Assembly: GCA_951406725.2 (NCBI GenBank)
Contig: OX597822.1
Location: 8,618,001-8,682,000, forward strand
Origin: Octopus vulgaris
Taxonomy: Eukaryota
Direction of reading: 5' to 3'
Length of the DNA stretch: 64,000 nt
Both the position numbers and the translations under genes were made by a program. A model generated the notes under the pieces. It worked only from the letters and a program-made list of their open reading frames with translations, was not told the origin of the DNA and did not search any database. Position 1 is the stretch's first letter, and each line of letters opens with the position of its first letter. Of the stretch, positions 1 through 14,363 are shown in pieces.

Positions 1-545
1 TTTCTATCTAATTCTCTAAATAGAATTTTATCTAGATAAGATCTCGTCGACCCATCACTATTCATCCATGTCCACAATGGAGCGTCTAGTCTATACCTAT
101 CTGCCAGCTGAAAACGGCTAAGCAGATTTAAGAAACACTGATTACCTCTTCTACCATTAGAGCCAGCACAATCCACGCGTGCATCGAGGATTGCGTTAAC
201 GTTCCCTTACATAACAATAGAATGAGAGGAACCAAGAAATTTCTCAATGCTTCGAAAATAATCGGTTTTACCTGCACCTTTCGCAAGGGTGTAAACACCA
301 GCCAACCTGAAAGACCAGCCTGCCCTCCGGGTCGATTAAAATTGTTTTTATTTCAAAGCCCAGGTTTTTTCTGAACAGCACAGTAACACCTCCTCCACCT
401 ACAGTTGACCTTGGAGAAGTAATTTTAATGTAACCATTTAGGAGTGGGGAGAAATCCCTCTGGCTGCTTAACCTGGACTCTGTAGCCACCATGACATCCA
501 AACGTTGCGACCTGCGGTCATGTAGGAAACGGGATTGTTTCTAAG
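1..545 (-). mobile_element. Degenerate L1/Tx1-type LINE fragment, apurinic-like endonuclease (APE) domain
   Basis: Minus-strand translation across stops and frameshifts: DVMVATE..GGGGVTVLFRK..DPEGRLV, IVM*GNVNAILD (decayed GDFN motif), LADRYR..WTWMNSDGSTRSYLDKIL (W-T-W and S-x-L-D motifs of LINE APE). Runs off the window edge. Confidence 0.8.
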
Positions 546-675
546 CGAAGGATTCTCTCTTGACTATTTGTGAAATGGCAAAATCAAACCTGATGTAACT
601 TACACCTTTTACACCTGCTGCCTTCCTATTCAATACGATAGCCTCTATAAAAATGTGAATATCCTCGCAGAGAGA

Positions 676-886
676 ATCATCATCATCATTGTTCGACCGT
701 GGTCGAGACAATGGAATTTACCATGCTACGCCAGACTTCACGGTCCATCATGGCATTACGGAGGTCCTGTTACTGGATGCCTGTATCCCTGGAGATTACA
801 TTAGGGTAGGAGAGTGTGCGCCCTCTGGTATTGCGAGTAGATGGCTTCCAGTGGAGAAGAGTAGAAATTACTTCTTTTTCAGCTCT
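676..886 (-). mobile_element. 5'-truncated RTE/RTEX-type LINE 3' end with (GAT)n tail
   Basis: Minus-strand translation RAEKEVISTLLHWKPSTRNTRGRTLSYPNVISRDTGIQ*QDLRNAMMDREVWRSMV..* matches the RTE-group C-terminus (W-x-P..RGR..AM-x-DR..WR). It is followed directly by a TGATGATGAT tail. Confidence 0.75.
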
Positions 887-992
887 CCAGAAGTTTATTA
901 TTTAAATATGTGTGTGCATGCTAGATATGCAACTGTATGAATGAGAATACATACATATCCATACATCAACAACACAATCGAGGAACAGAACG

Positions 993-1023
<31 letters not shown>

Positions 1024-3656
1024 AGAGTACCCTGTTGATGTTGAAATTCCAATGAAGGTACCTTGGATCTAGGTTACACACCACTTCTTTCTCTATTGGC
1101 AAGAAATCTTGAAATAAACTAAATGATGACAAACATACATACATATATACATACACACATACATACATACATAAATACATATGAACGTAAGACAACAGAG
1201 CAATTAACATGACAAATGGACTGAATGTCAGCAACCTAAAAAAAACAGTGAAACGCAAGACGCACCGGCAGCAAACATGAACAGTTAACTGAAAGTGCAA
1301 CGTGATACTTCTCCAGTTAACACTGTACCAGCCAATGTTCGGAGTGCACTATTGCATGAGGCTATAGGACAGTTGTTGCCAAATTATACTCCCCTAAATG
1401 CAAGCATGCTCACCAATAATTTAGAATCAATTGAAGATAGGTTTGTAGATTTTTAAAAGTTGAAATTACAACCACACTGTTCTTAATGAACGGAGTACAC
1501 AAGAAAAACTCTCAGCCAGTGCAAAGACAGCAAAGCTTTGCTGCAGAAATAAATGCGATATATGAATTATCGATGTTCGAACAAGAAGGCGGAGGAAATT
1601 CAGGCCATTTCAAGTTTTCACAATGTGAATGGTTTTCGCGATGGTATATCTACTGCGCTCTCTCTTGTGACCTGATTACGATTACATAGGCGCAGAATGA
1701 CTGGTAACAATGGCGAAAACCTTTGAAAATAAATGTTGTAGTTGAGTTCCATTGGAAGAAACAAAAAGAATGTAGAAAGAAAAGCTAGAGAAATATCTAT
1801 TCGACAGAGTCGAAAAATAGCTGTTTCCCCGTACAATGCAAGGAAAGTGTACCTCATTGCTGACAAAAACTCTACAATTGCATACGTAGACACACTGTAT
1901 TCGCGCGAGGACATAGGCGCCTAATATGACTAGACAATGTGTGGTACAAGACACAAGATCAAGTGATTGACGGCTAAGTTATATGTATGTGTGTGAGTGT
2001 ATGTGAACATCTGATGAAATTATCTATATTCAATTTGATTATTGATTACTGAATCTTACGTAATAAAATATAGCGTAGCGTGCTAGAGAGACTGATATAC
2101 ATATACATATACATATATGCGTGTATGTGTGTGTGTGTGTGTGTAGTTAGATCTCGTTAGATGTTCATTCCAACGCCGGTACTAAACTGTCTATAGCTTG
2201 TTTTCTCTAATCCATCTATTGTAATGTACTTTGGGAATTAAATCTATTCAAGTTTGTATAATGTTACAGCAAATAGAGATCTATGAATATTTAGCCATGA
2301 AAGAGAACGAAAATAATTGATTTTACGCTAATTCATGCATTACTGTATTTTAAAATAAGCACAATGACTATAAAATAAGTTTCAATCAACTGAACAAGAT
2401 AGGTGTATTGAAGGACAGGAAGATGTAATGAAAATTGGAATGGCAAATAATGATATGAATGTGAAATATCTACATGTAGTAAGAAAATCAAAAACAAAGA
2501 CGAAGGTATAAGAAATAGGAAGCAGTAAGAAGAGGGGTGGGATAAAAATTTGCAGAGAGAAATAGAAAATTAATGAGAAGGCTGAGAAACAAATAGAAGA
2601 ACTTGAACATTCTGGATAATGATATGAAGACAAAAAAAAAAGAGAGCGGGCATGAATATCGTTAGTTTTCTTTAACCAGAAGCAATTCTTCGAATATACT
2701 TCTAGTTAGTTTATTCTTTACACAAAGACTGAATCCTCTAGAGGATTATCAGTTTTACTAAACATGAACGGAACGCCTCGTCTCTGTTACGTAGCTGGAA
2801 TGCAAATTAACCTGCTAAAATCGCTTAAAGTATCGCTGTGCAGAATAATCAATATTTTATTCGTTTACATTCAAAAGAGTTGTATGCTTGATATCACTAC
2901 AAATGTATCTATATTAGACAGGATCGTTAAGACAATTAAAGAAATGAATTGTAAACAAACAAATCTAATTATATCAATTTCCATATGTATATCACTGTTT
3001 CTTGTGTTATAATATTGCATATCGAGATAAATCTATTATTGTTTCAAATTTGATTAATTCTGTGCTGTATGGAAATGTTTATCTGAGCAAATCACATCTC
3101 CGCTGTTACTTCTTAGAAGCAATGTTTTACCTATCAATCGGTAAGTGAATAGCTTCCATCTCATATGCGAGAGCTCTAAAATTTTCCGTTCACCATCGTA
3201 ATTGCAAATGATTTAAAGGTTATTGCTATGATAAAACACATTATAGAATTAAATCACATTTCACATATACACATTGCTTCCCTAACATTGCATTTTTCTG
3301 CATTATGATGTCTTCTAACTAAAAGTGAGATTAACCGATTTTTCGCTTCGTTCTTTGCATTTAGTTGGGTAGGAATCATTGCACTGCAGCCTTAGAAGAA
3401 ATAAGTAGATGCATTCCATATAATCTCTACTTAGTATTTGCCGATATGAATGTTGAGTAGCTGGTTGGCTGGCTGATTCATCAAATATACATGTAAAATA
3501 ACTGCAAATTATTTGTTCCAAATTTTTCTTTTCTAAAGTGTCAGATATTTTGTTAGCATTTCCTGAGTTATCGATTTGTAAATTATTCTGTATGTAACTT
3601 TATATGTTTGTACGTATGTATGTATGTGTGCGTGTATATGTATGCATGCATGTATG

Positions 3657-3721
<65 letters not shown>

Positions 3722-3759
3722 TACATGTTGTGGTGAATAAATTCTCTAAATTACTGTCA

Positions 3760-4677
3760 GGTAGTATTCTATGCTTATGACACACCTTTGTACACTTATT
3801 TAGACAAATCTAACGATTTGTTTGATAAGTTTGAAATCACTGATAACTTTGGGAATGATCTTCGATCTATTGTTGAGTGGCGTAGGAAATGACCCGTAAC
3901 GTTCAATCCATTGAAAACTAAACTTCTTTCAATTAATCGCTTCATACATCCTTTTTTGTCGTCTTCTCCGATGTATGGTATTGATTTACCTGAGAGTCGT
4001 TCTCTTCGTCACCTAGGTGTGTCTTTCTGTAATGATTTTATTGGAGGACATACATTGACTCCATTGCCAAATCAGCTGCAATGAAGACAGGCTCATTCCT
4101 TCGTCCGAGGAGTTATCACACTCCTGAGACTATTCATTATCTTTATAAGTCCACTATTCACCCCTGCGTCGAGTACTCTTGTCACATATGGGCAGGGGCT
4201 CCGGCAGATTCTTTAACTCTATTGGACCGCATTTGACACCATGTTTGTAATACTATTGGTCCTGATCTATTTTCTAAATTGGATTCACTCTTTCATCGTC
4301 GTCGTGTGGCTTCCTTATGTCTTTTCTATAAGTATTTTCATAGACATTGTTCAGCTGAGCTCTCTTCTCTGGTTTCTCCTCTAAGAACTTATCAGCGATC
4401 AACAAGAATTGCATTCAGTTCTCATCAGTATATTGTGCAACCTCATAAGTGTCATAAAGCATTTTATAGTATTAGTTTTTTCACTTGTACCTCTGAACTT
4501 TGGAATTCACTTCCACAGTTTTATTTTCTCCTACAATATGACAATATGATCTCCAGTTTTTTAAGTTTCATTGTACATCGTCACCTATTGAATTCTGTCA
4601 AGCGTCCATTTTATTCTAGTAGTTCTTGCGCTTTCAGTGATCTGAGGGCCTTGTAGTGAGCGAATGCTTTAAAAAAG
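3760..4677 (+). mobile_element. CR1/L2-group LINE 3' fragment (RT C-terminal region)
   Basis: Decayed FYAYDT (YADD-like motif), DLRSIVEW..VTFNPLKTK, LRHLGV, LYKSTIHPCVEYSCHIWAG, and ORF 4279-4656 (LFHRRRVASLCLFYKY..SFF..TSELWNSLP). Ends in a short A-rich tail. Confidence 0.8.
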
Positions 4678-4727
4678 TACAAATTACGCAAAAATGAAAA
4701 TAATACTGACATGTCATTTTAACACAA

Positions 4728-4854
<127 letters not shown>

Positions 4855-4856
4855 TA

Positions 4857-6000
4857 CCAAAATTACATAGAAATATCGTGAAATACTAACGAGTAAATTA
4901 ATTCAATAAAAGTGCCATTGGCTTCAACTACGGCCTCCAATCGCATTCGGAATCTCGTGCAAATTTTCTGGATGGTCTCCTTGTCTAAGTTTGTGAACGC
5001 TACCATAATCCCTGCCCTCAGTTAATCTCTGGTGTTTCATCTTCTGTCTCTCGCTCAACGGCGCCCCATACATAATAATCAAGGCGATTGGTGTTTGTGG
5101 TGTTAGGTGACCAGATGGTAGGGGTGGTGTGGTCAAGGAAATTGTCTGACTGCCATGACTGTATACTCTTCCAACTGTGACATGGTGCAGAGTCTTGTTC
5201 CCAGACATAGGGTCTTCCAGCAGCCACTTTCTTGACCCAGGGCAGCACTTCCTCCTCCAGGCACTTGTTATAGGCCTCCGTGTTTAGTCTGAGACCGTGT
5301 GAGAATATGATTGGAGGCATAAGGTCGCCATCACAAGTGATCACTCCAAATTTCACGATGTTGATTGGATGTTTGATTTTAATCACTCTCGGTACATGTT
5401 TTGGGTACAAAGCAAGCGAAAGTTTGTTTTGTGTGTTCACCACCTTCTCATCACAGAAATATTTCCCGTCTGAGACAAACCAAAGCATGTTCGATTGGAG
5501 GGGATGCTTGAGTTTGTTCAAAAGTTTCGTAGCACGGTCTTTCCTCTAGTCGTTGATGACTTGGTATGAAAATTAGCCCTTTCCCGTCTTCTATGAGGAA
5601 TACCGAATGTCTTCATGCAGTACTTGCCTGATACGAAACTCCCATGTCGCTGGTGATGAGCCTGATTGACTTGGAAGGATCGTTGTCAACCATGGCCTGG
5701 ATCTCACCAACAAATTCAGTTCTTTTCTTATCAGAAGGATCACAGTGAGTTTTTCGAGATGCTGTACCTTCGAAATCACCATTAGACTCATCCAACTCTT
5801 TCCGAATGCTCTGCACTATCCTCAGATTGACACCGAAGCACTCAGAAAAGCTCCTATTGGGGCTTCCGGTGCGAATGCCAAACGGTACATCATGTCGTTT
5901 CCAAATTCCTGGCAGAGGGAATTGCCACATGGTGCTGGATGTCTCACATACAGTGCCCAGATGACCCTACTGCACTGAAAATGAAAAGCAAGCAATGGGC
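4857..6000 (-). mobile_element. Tc1/mariner superfamily, DD37D (maT/Bmmar1-like) transposase pseudogene
   Basis: ORF 5018-5521 has WFVSD, WEQDSAPCH and WSPN..NRLDYYVWG. I count 37 residues between the second and third Asp. The N-terminal DNA-binding region lies in ORF 5613-5930 and is frameshifted. Confidence 0.85.
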
Positions 6001-7519
6001 ATGCGCATGCGCGACATAAACACTTTTTTATGGCCTTTCACGTTTCTTACTATAACATATACTTAAGCTGTGCGTGTTTTGATATTTTTATTTGCAATTC
6101 CTGGCTTTTTTTAGTTTGTACTGCTTCCTCTTACTCCGTTGCGGGTGACTACTGTTTCCATGTGATGTTGCCATTGGTTTCGGTAAAAAAACAGAAACAC
6201 AGCATTTAACAAGTAATTCTTACGTCAATTGGAGGTATATTTAAATCATAACTAGCATTAAAATGATTAATTTCCATTTTGCCCTTGACTATTAAAACGT
6301 CAAGATGTACAGAAAGTTTGCATAGACTCACCAAAGCATATATTACTTCCATTCTCAACCTCGCTTATGACATGTTACGTCAATTTTTTCTCATTGTGTT
6401 TCAGAGAAATAGACACTACATCTTAGATTTAGAAGCAACATTTAGGGGTTCAGAGCACCAAGGGGTAACCATCACTCAGGTTTGCCCTCCTGCTTCAAAA
6501 TCCAGTTCCGTTTACAAATGAAATGGAATTGAAGACAGTCAAAGGACATATGATTTCTAGATTTGGAGTAGACCAGAAATCATTCATGCGAAACTAAATA
6601 AACCCCGAACTCCTTTTATAATTTACCATGATTGCATGAACGCATAATGATTGCATAATGTAAAGACTCAGAGTGATTGGGAAAGCCATAAAGCGGTGAT
6701 AAGCGCCACAGACTGAGATCGATTCTTAAATTCATTTTATAATTCTGAACAACACTTGATTACATTTTATCATAATGTCACCACAATAAATTCTAAGAGC
6801 TCTTATATTATTAACTCCGTCTATACAAATTATGTGGTTGTATTCATAATTTTGCTGTGTGTTGAATATTATCTAACATATTTAATAATGGACACGAGAA
6901 TGGCCAATTATACTAACCATTGAATGATTGATTGCGCTTAGAAGAACGTCAGACAAGATTCAAAATGAATAACTATCGTTATTAGAAAATAAAGATATCA
7001 ACTGAAAACTGAAGATAATTTCGCTGAGTTCACAATCGCACTAGAATTTCTGTGCCACTCAAATTGTTGAAAATCATTTGCAGTAATTAACTTACTTTAA
7101 CATTAATTTATAATAAACTTTGTGACTGGTAGTTTTCAAAACACTAATCATATACTTATTTGATTATATTTTCTTGCTTAACCTAAGTAACATTACAAGA
7201 AAACTAGAAATAGCAATAAAATTGTTTTATGATTTGATTTTTAACTTCAAATTATTTTAACTTCAAAATTATTGCAATGTACGCAAAACATTGCCACAAA
7301 GAAACTGAATATTCAGACTTGTAATTACCATAGTAACCATAATATAAGTGTCAGTAAGAACAATTGTATTTAAATAGTCATAATAGAAGATTAACAACAC
7401 GTTGAGACTAAATATTATATAAATATTTAGATATATTTAATATCTATCTTTCATGAAAATCTCAAGTGAATGGAGGAAATATTTCGTAAATTATGAGGGA
7501 ATAAAGGAACAATCTTCCA

Positions 7520-8335
7520 AATTGCAGCGGCCAAAAGTTAAGGGAGACTCAGAAAAAAATGAACTACTAAGCGAGATATTTGTTGTTTAGAAGACTGTTA
7601 ATGGGCTAACAGTTACGTCTTACGATCTTACATTATTGGACCATTCAACTGTCAACATGGCAGCTTGTAAGAGACGATGAGTGTACTGTGATGAAAAACA
7701 ACGGATTGTATACCTACGCTAAGGGGAAAAGTCAAATTCTGTGGTAGTAACTGCTGTAGAAATGTCTAGAAGTGCTGTGCAACGAATTGTAGCTCGTTTT
7801 ATGTCATCAGGATCAACAAATATTAAAACCCAAACCGGCAAACCTCGTAAAATTTCACAAATATATGATCGTATTATGGTTAGAATGTCACTGTGTGATA
7901 AGTTTAATGGTGCTGCTGAGATACCACGCGAGTTCCGCTCCACTTCCGATGTCAACGTACCGCGCAAAATAGTTTCTAGGAGGTTACATGTTTCTGGGTT
8001 GCTTGCACGGGTGGCAAAGAAACATTTGCTCTCAAAGAAGAATCAAAGAGCCCATCTTCGCTTTGCTCCCTAACATGGGTGTTGAACATAAGAACTGTGG
8101 TCGCAGGTTCATTTTAGCGATGAATCGAACTTTAATGTGATTGGTTCCGATGGCGGAATGTACGTCCGACGAGAAGTTGCGAAAGGTTATATTGTGCATG
8201 TGTGAAGAAGATAACGAAATATTGAAGAGGCAGTTTAATGGTATGTGGAGTGATCTCTGCTACTGGTCCTGGTCCATTTATTCGCCTAAAAGGGACTGCC
8301 AATTCTGAAATCTAAGCAGATTGTTAAACAGCATA
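7520..8335 (+). mobile_element. Degenerate Tc1-like transposon, 3'-truncated
   Basis: ORF 7741-8073 has HTH/GKPRK and VSRRL. It continues past stops as WSQVHFSDESNFNVIGSDG..YVRR..LMVCGVIS. The 5' motif GCGGCCAAAA at ~7526 resembles the terminal motif of the Tc1 element at 21070. Confidence 0.8.
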
Positions 8336-8429
8336 ATTGTCAAAATTTGTGTCCCTTTGAAACCTATAAATCGATATCACTAAAAGGCACTGTGATTTAG
8401 TTATTTATAATAAATAATAAGGATAGGAA

Positions 8430-8545
8430 TAGAGGCATCGACAAAGGATGAAAAGTAAAATCAACCTCGGTGGAATTTGGGCTCTAAACACAAAGCCGCG
8501 GAAAATATTGCCCTGCGTTTTAACATTTCTGCCAGTTCACCGTCT
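8430..8545 (-). mobile_element. Degenerate partial tRNA-derived SINE (same family as 31488-31726)
   Basis: Reverse-complement similarity to the ..aattctgccgaggtcgactttg..tttcatcctt..gtcgat core. Confidence 0.55.
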
Positions 8546-8660
8546 TTGGATCAATACAAGAAATTCATGTTCTCGATTTCTGTCGAAACGAACTAATTAC
8601 CAGACACTATGTAAAATGCTTTGGTAATAATATATATATATACATATATTATATATATAT

Positions 8661-8717
<57 letters not shown>

Positions 8718-8720
<3 letters not shown>

Positions 8721-9268
8721 ACATAGTGGATTCTCTCTCATATTTGTGTATCTCAGTCTTTTATGCGCTAGACCACTGGTGTTTAAATTGATGTTATCAA
8801 ATTAATATCCAATTTTTTCACCCTCTTTTTGACTTTAATTATAAATTGATATGTTCTCAAACCGGCGTAAACTACTGCAGTGAATTACTTATTCAGTATT
8901 TATTTCCGAAAATTTTGGCGCGCTAGAACGAGGGCATTTGAATATAACTGTGAATATAATAGGCCGAACTACTCGTGTATTTGACCTCGTGTTAATATAT
9001 AGCGTGCAGTTCGACAAATTATAATTTATGACGTACCTCACCGATGATCTGAGGATAATTATGTAAGTAACATTGTATGATTTATTAACAGTGAACCAAT
9101 TGTATGGGTTTAATCTATATATCTTTTTGTTATTTTTCATTTGTCCTGCTCGTTTACGTTCTTAGTGTGCTAAATTTTTGTTGAGAAGATTTCTTAGTGG
9201 TTGAGTCCCTTTGCGGATCTATGTCTAGCGTTAGAGCGTCCACATAGTGTATTCTCTCTCATATTTGT
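8718..9268. mobile_element. Unclassified element bounded by ~30-bp direct repeats (possibly Penelope-derived)
   Basis: tccacatagtg(g/t)attctctctcatatttgt occurs at 8718-8747 and 9239-9268. The element is embedded between (TA)n arrays. No clear protein motif. Confidence 0.4.
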
Positions 9269-9273
9269 TTGTG

Positions 9274-9304
<31 letters not shown>

Positions 9305-9339
9305 GTGGAGAAAGAGAGTGAGTTTGAGAAAGAGCTAGT

Positions 9340-9352
9340 TAGATAGATAGAT

Positions 9353-9415
<63 letters not shown>

Positions 9416-9420
9416 TAGAT
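9340..9420. repeat. (TAGA)n microsatellite
   Basis: Directly visible. Confidence 0.95.
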
Positions 9421-9574
9421 GGCGGACTAGTTCGTGCTACTAGGCTACGAAACATTAGCTAGCAGGAGACTAAGTCAAACTGAGTTACTGGGTATATGTA
9501 TATGTAGAACACGTATACGGATAAGGTATATATCAAATAGGAGTGCAAAAACACACACACGCACATATGTCACT

Positions 9575-9620
<46 letters not shown>

Positions 9621-11294
9621 TACAGAGAGAGAGAGAGAGAGAGAAAGAGAGATGAAATAATCGTTTATATATATATTTACTGTCCCACCTAAAACTTGTT
9701 ATGTCATTTTAATGAGAAGTATCCTCTTCTTCTGTCTTCATTCCGTGACTAAATTGCTTACATGTTTTCGTTCAAAGATTTTGCAATTAAAGATGACAGG
9801 CGTACAAACGATAGGGCAACGCTGAAGTTCTCTTTCTTTCTACTTATTACGCAGGAGAATGCGTAGTGTGAGCAATGAAAGTACGATGCAGTCAGGATCC
9901 AACTGGGGACAATTAACATTATTATTTCCTTGGAACTTACTAAAATATGTTATTGGAGTTGAGAAGGCAATATGAACGTGAAAGAACACATTTAAGGTAA
10001 GAAAATGCAAATACAGGCATACGCATGCGTTCATATTTATCTACACACACAAACACACACACACATATACCTATGTGTGTGTGTGTTTACTGATGCATTA
10101 CGGCATGCAATATTTTTGTAGCCGTCTTAACCGAAATTGACTCCAGGATATCAAGCAAATATAATGTCGATCTCAAAATATTGCTCTTTAGATGTAATTG
10201 CGTGATGAATCATTTTTATAAGCTAAAGAAAAAATAATAATTCTAATAGTTTCCAAGCCTTTATTATTCCCATGAAACAAGATTTAACGGTTAAATGAGG
10301 AGGGATCGTGATTCTTAAAATCTTGTGTATACACAAACGTATGTAATATATTGATCAAATTATAAAAAATCAGCAGTTAGCTCAAAGGAGACCTTAGATA
10401 ATGAAAAGTGTATTTTCATTCTTATTTTTCTTTTTATGAACGTTGCATGCTATTTATATGATTTTGTATCATTTCGTTTTCTTCCATTGGTAATTTATTC
10501 TTTAATATACTGGGTGTACCATTGTAAAGCCCTCGTGAGAGGAGTTTAAATAAAAATCTGGTTGTGTCTCATAAATTCCACACGTTGCCAATTGTTATTT
10601 TTTCTTACTGACTTTTCTCCTTCATTGGGGATGAAGATGTATATGTTTTACTAGAATTACCAGCGGAGATTTATCTTTGCTATTGATTTCCTGTTAAATC
10701 TCACTTTTTGTTACTTTCGTTTGTTTTTTTCTTGTTTGTGTCAGTAAACAAAAAGGCAAGATCTTTGAAAATATGTCACTATAACCCGAATATGAAAATT
10801 ATTCAATAAATATATCAATGGGCGTTTTAAATTTTAAATAGAAATAAGATGTGCATAATTTTATCACGGTTACAAAGAAGCACATATATTTACAGTGTCG
10901 AATTCCAAACTGTTTGTTCAGTGGTATGTAATTCGTTTAAGAGCTGAGTATTGTCTATAGACATTAGCCAATATTTGCATCTAAAACGTGACTTTCTGTA
11001 GATACCTACCAAAAGTTAAGTGTTTCTACAGAGGTGAATTCATATTATCTTAACTATTAATGAAGAAAAAAATACGCAGATTAGAATTTAAACAACAGAC
11101 GGTGCCAACCATAAAACAACGGCACCCTTAATACGTGAAGCAAAATAGGAGTTAAAACGATTATCCTCATCGTTGATGGTATCTTAGTACTTACAATCCA
11201 CTCTAAAATGCTTTGAAATGGAAATAATAGTTTACGAATTAATTCACCTGCTGATATCTCTCTCTCTCTTTCTCCTTCTCTCTCCCTCCCTTCT

Positions 11295-11339
<45 letters not shown>

Positions 11340-11403
11340 ATGTGTGTTTGTATATATATATACTGAGACACATAAACAGAGAGATAGATATGCATGTTTG
11401 TGC

Positions 11404-11437
<34 letters not shown>

Positions 11438-11492
11438 ATGTATAAATATATATGTATGTATACATGTATGCGTAAATATATACATATACATG

Positions 11493-12897
11493 TAAATGGA
11501 TGTGTGTATTTTTCCCTTCTTTACAATTTACACGGAAAAAATAGATAAACCGTTACCAGGGCAGCAAAATTCACACTAGTTATACGGACTTAACATCCTG
11601 TTTGTAAGGGTAGAAACTCCGGCTTGGTGTGAAATATTTTGTATAATATATATAAATAAATAAATGGAATGAAACGCAGGTATTATTCAAATTGTTTTGA
11701 AGGTAGAGTAAGCGATCATCACGGTATAGACCTCCATTGATACTTGAGAACTTGTCTGCAGAACTTCCTATCGTGACATCAAACCCATTGGGTGTATCTT
11801 TACGGACCCACAGCTTGATATGGTAGATTTTCTGGCGGCCGACACGATAATAATCTCTTCCCTGGTGAGACTACCTTTGTTATGAGCTAGCCAGAGTGCC
11901 TTATTAAGTACTTTTGGGTTGATGGAGGAATAGAATCTAGAAATGTCAAACTGGATAATAAACTTAGTGCTCCTATTATTACTAATGGAACTAAACCAAT
12001 CGACAACTTGGAGTGAATTGGACCATAAACTAAGTTTTAACTTTTTAATTAAGGTAGAAATATATTTATCTAGAATATTTTTATCAAGTAAACCAATGTC
12101 AGAGCTAGAAGGAGAGATAAGTCTTAAGGATGGGTTATTAAAAAATTTTTTTCGTGATCTTTTAAAATAAAACGAGGTTGCTTAGTATCTTCATCAGTAA
12201 ATTATACTTCTCCATAATTTTCTTAGCTTCAAGGTTGGTTTTCCTGAGTGCACCTTTGCCGGTAATCCTATAAATTTTTTGAATTTATTTTTTAAACAAT
12301 TCCAAGTAATAATCCCTGTTAAGTTTATACAGGTTTCCCGTTTTATCTAATTGTACTAGTTTACTATCCATGCTATGAGATTCCTTGGTGATATTGTGAA
12401 GATACCTCAGATGTTTATTCCTTAGGGGTGATCGGTGAAATTTTATATTTCTCACAATAGACCAAAGATCATCTTCAAACGGTTTCAACCTTTCGTTAGG
12501 TGGAGGATTATTTTTAGATTTACATAATTCCTTAAATTCAGAAGTTATATCATTAGTGGGCTGTTGAAGGTGCTTAATGTCAAAGAAAAAAGTGAGCCAT
12601 CTGATACGGTTAATAACGGAATTTTTCTTATTAAAGAGTTGCTTAAAGGAATAATCCTTTGGGAAAATCGGCATATCCTTAAGGGATGCGTTTAAATTAA
12701 ATAACTCCGTATGCGGTAACTATTTTATTAGCAGGTTATATGGAAACCTGTTTGAAGTATATATAAATGGATGTGGGAATTTTTCCCTTGTTTACAGTAA
12801 ACACGGAAAAATAGATGAACAGTTACCATGGCAGCAGTCTTCGAAATATGTCGGAAGTAAAAGGATTTGAATAACACCTGCGTTTAACTCTATTTAT
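11493..12897 (-). mobile_element. Penelope-like retroelement fragment (probably Naiad-type), N-terminus and part of RT
   Basis: ORF 12285-12674 (SLKDMPI..RIRWLTFFF..LKPFEDDL..DKTGNLYKL). Further minus-strand translation gives LKDHEKNF.NNPSLRLISP..ILDK..VDWF..FIIQFDISRFYSSI..WVRK..FDVTIGS. Direct repeats lie at 11493-11566 and 12764-12836, and an inverted repeat at 11660-11692 and 12865-12897. Confidence 0.8.
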
Positions 12898-12934
12898 ATG
12901 TATATACATATTTATATAAGTGTGTGTATGTATG

Positions 12935-13032
<98 letters not shown>

Positions 13033-13034
13033 TG

Positions 13035-13065
<31 letters not shown>

Positions 13066-14308
13066 TTGCCAGTCATCTTACGACGTTGGACCCGTTGAAA
13101 TCTGCACCTGTTTTCTCTCTCCCTTTTCTGTCGTCGAACGTAGGCTGGAGACGATACGTAGAATTGCAGTTAGAACAGAAAAAATGGTGAGTAAATCGCC
13201 CTTTTTCCGGTTTGTAAAAGTAATATACACAGTATTTCTGCTGTTCTATCTGCAATTCAGCGCAGATAGAACGTATCGAAGCTGTAGAGTGTCGATTTAA
13301 TTAATGGTAGTATGTAACTTTTACCATATTTTGTTACTGTACTCTGAAAAGGAAATGCAAATCCAGAAAGTGTTTGATATCAAGCGTAAAAAAAGACTCA
13401 CGTTTTTCTTGCTCATTTAGATTTAAAATATGCGCTTGATAAAATATGTACCGGTAATTTATCAAATGTTCGATTCAGCTCATTAAATTGTATAACTTAT
13501 ATGAAAGGAGAAAACTTCATTTCCCTTTGATTTTTAGTAACTGGTTACTGTTCTGTAAATATTCACAACCACTTGTATTACGTTAGATTTGCATGATATA
13601 CACAAAACTCTTACAAAAATTATCTAGCCTAGCTGTCACCAAACTTCATATGTTTGAGATAATCATCAATGAAGTCCGCATTCTATAATTTTCGAAAAAT
13701 AACGGAAGTAATAAAATATACTACTTGTCCTACGATGCACATATACATCAAAAGTGTTATATTGATCTTCACCCCTCTGCATATGGCGAAATCAATTAGA
13801 GTAATATAATATAGTCAATTGCATGATCGATTACAATGTTACCAAACTTCAGCTGTTCAGAATCTGCATCCGATTCTTTATACACAGTTTATGGCTTTGC
13901 GGTTATATTTTATATCTTACTTTTAGAAATTCAGATACATGTGCCTATCATAATAGAGAAATAAATATATTAACTTCTCACCGTACAATAAACCATTTAA
14001 TGTTGTTTCATGAACTTGTAGTTATGAAGATCATTTTACAGTTATAAATTATCAAGTTCGATCCCAGTTTATATATAATTGTGGGGGTGCCATTCGCCAT
14101 GCTCTTGAGAAAATCCAAAACTTTGAAGTGAAATAGAGCTTGTTACAGTGATCGTACCACAGGACTTTGTTGGGAATACAAGTGCCTCCGAATATTTAAC
14201 TATTTACAGTTGTTAGGCATTTGAGAGAGTGGAAAGAAAGAAATAATTAACAGGACGGAGAAGCAATTTACTCACACATATATGTATATACATAGACACA
14301 CACGAACA

Positions 14309-14362
<54 letters not shown>

Positions 14363-14363
<1 letters not shown>

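Noticed and set aside
1486-1954. Cluster of overlapping short ORFs
   Set aside because: No recognisable domain in any frame; probably a decayed repeat that I cannot assign.
6279-6600. Possible exon or ORF after the tttcag acceptor (RNRHYILDLEATFRGSEHQGVTITQ)
   Set aside because: Weak donor, no recognisable motif and no partner exons.
13243-13272. Perfect 11-bp hairpin gttctatctgc-aattcagc-gcagatagaac (similar small hairpins at ~35794-35814 and 38490-38513)
   Set aside because: Short and isolated, with no supporting context such as a pre-miRNA-length stem or repeated copies.
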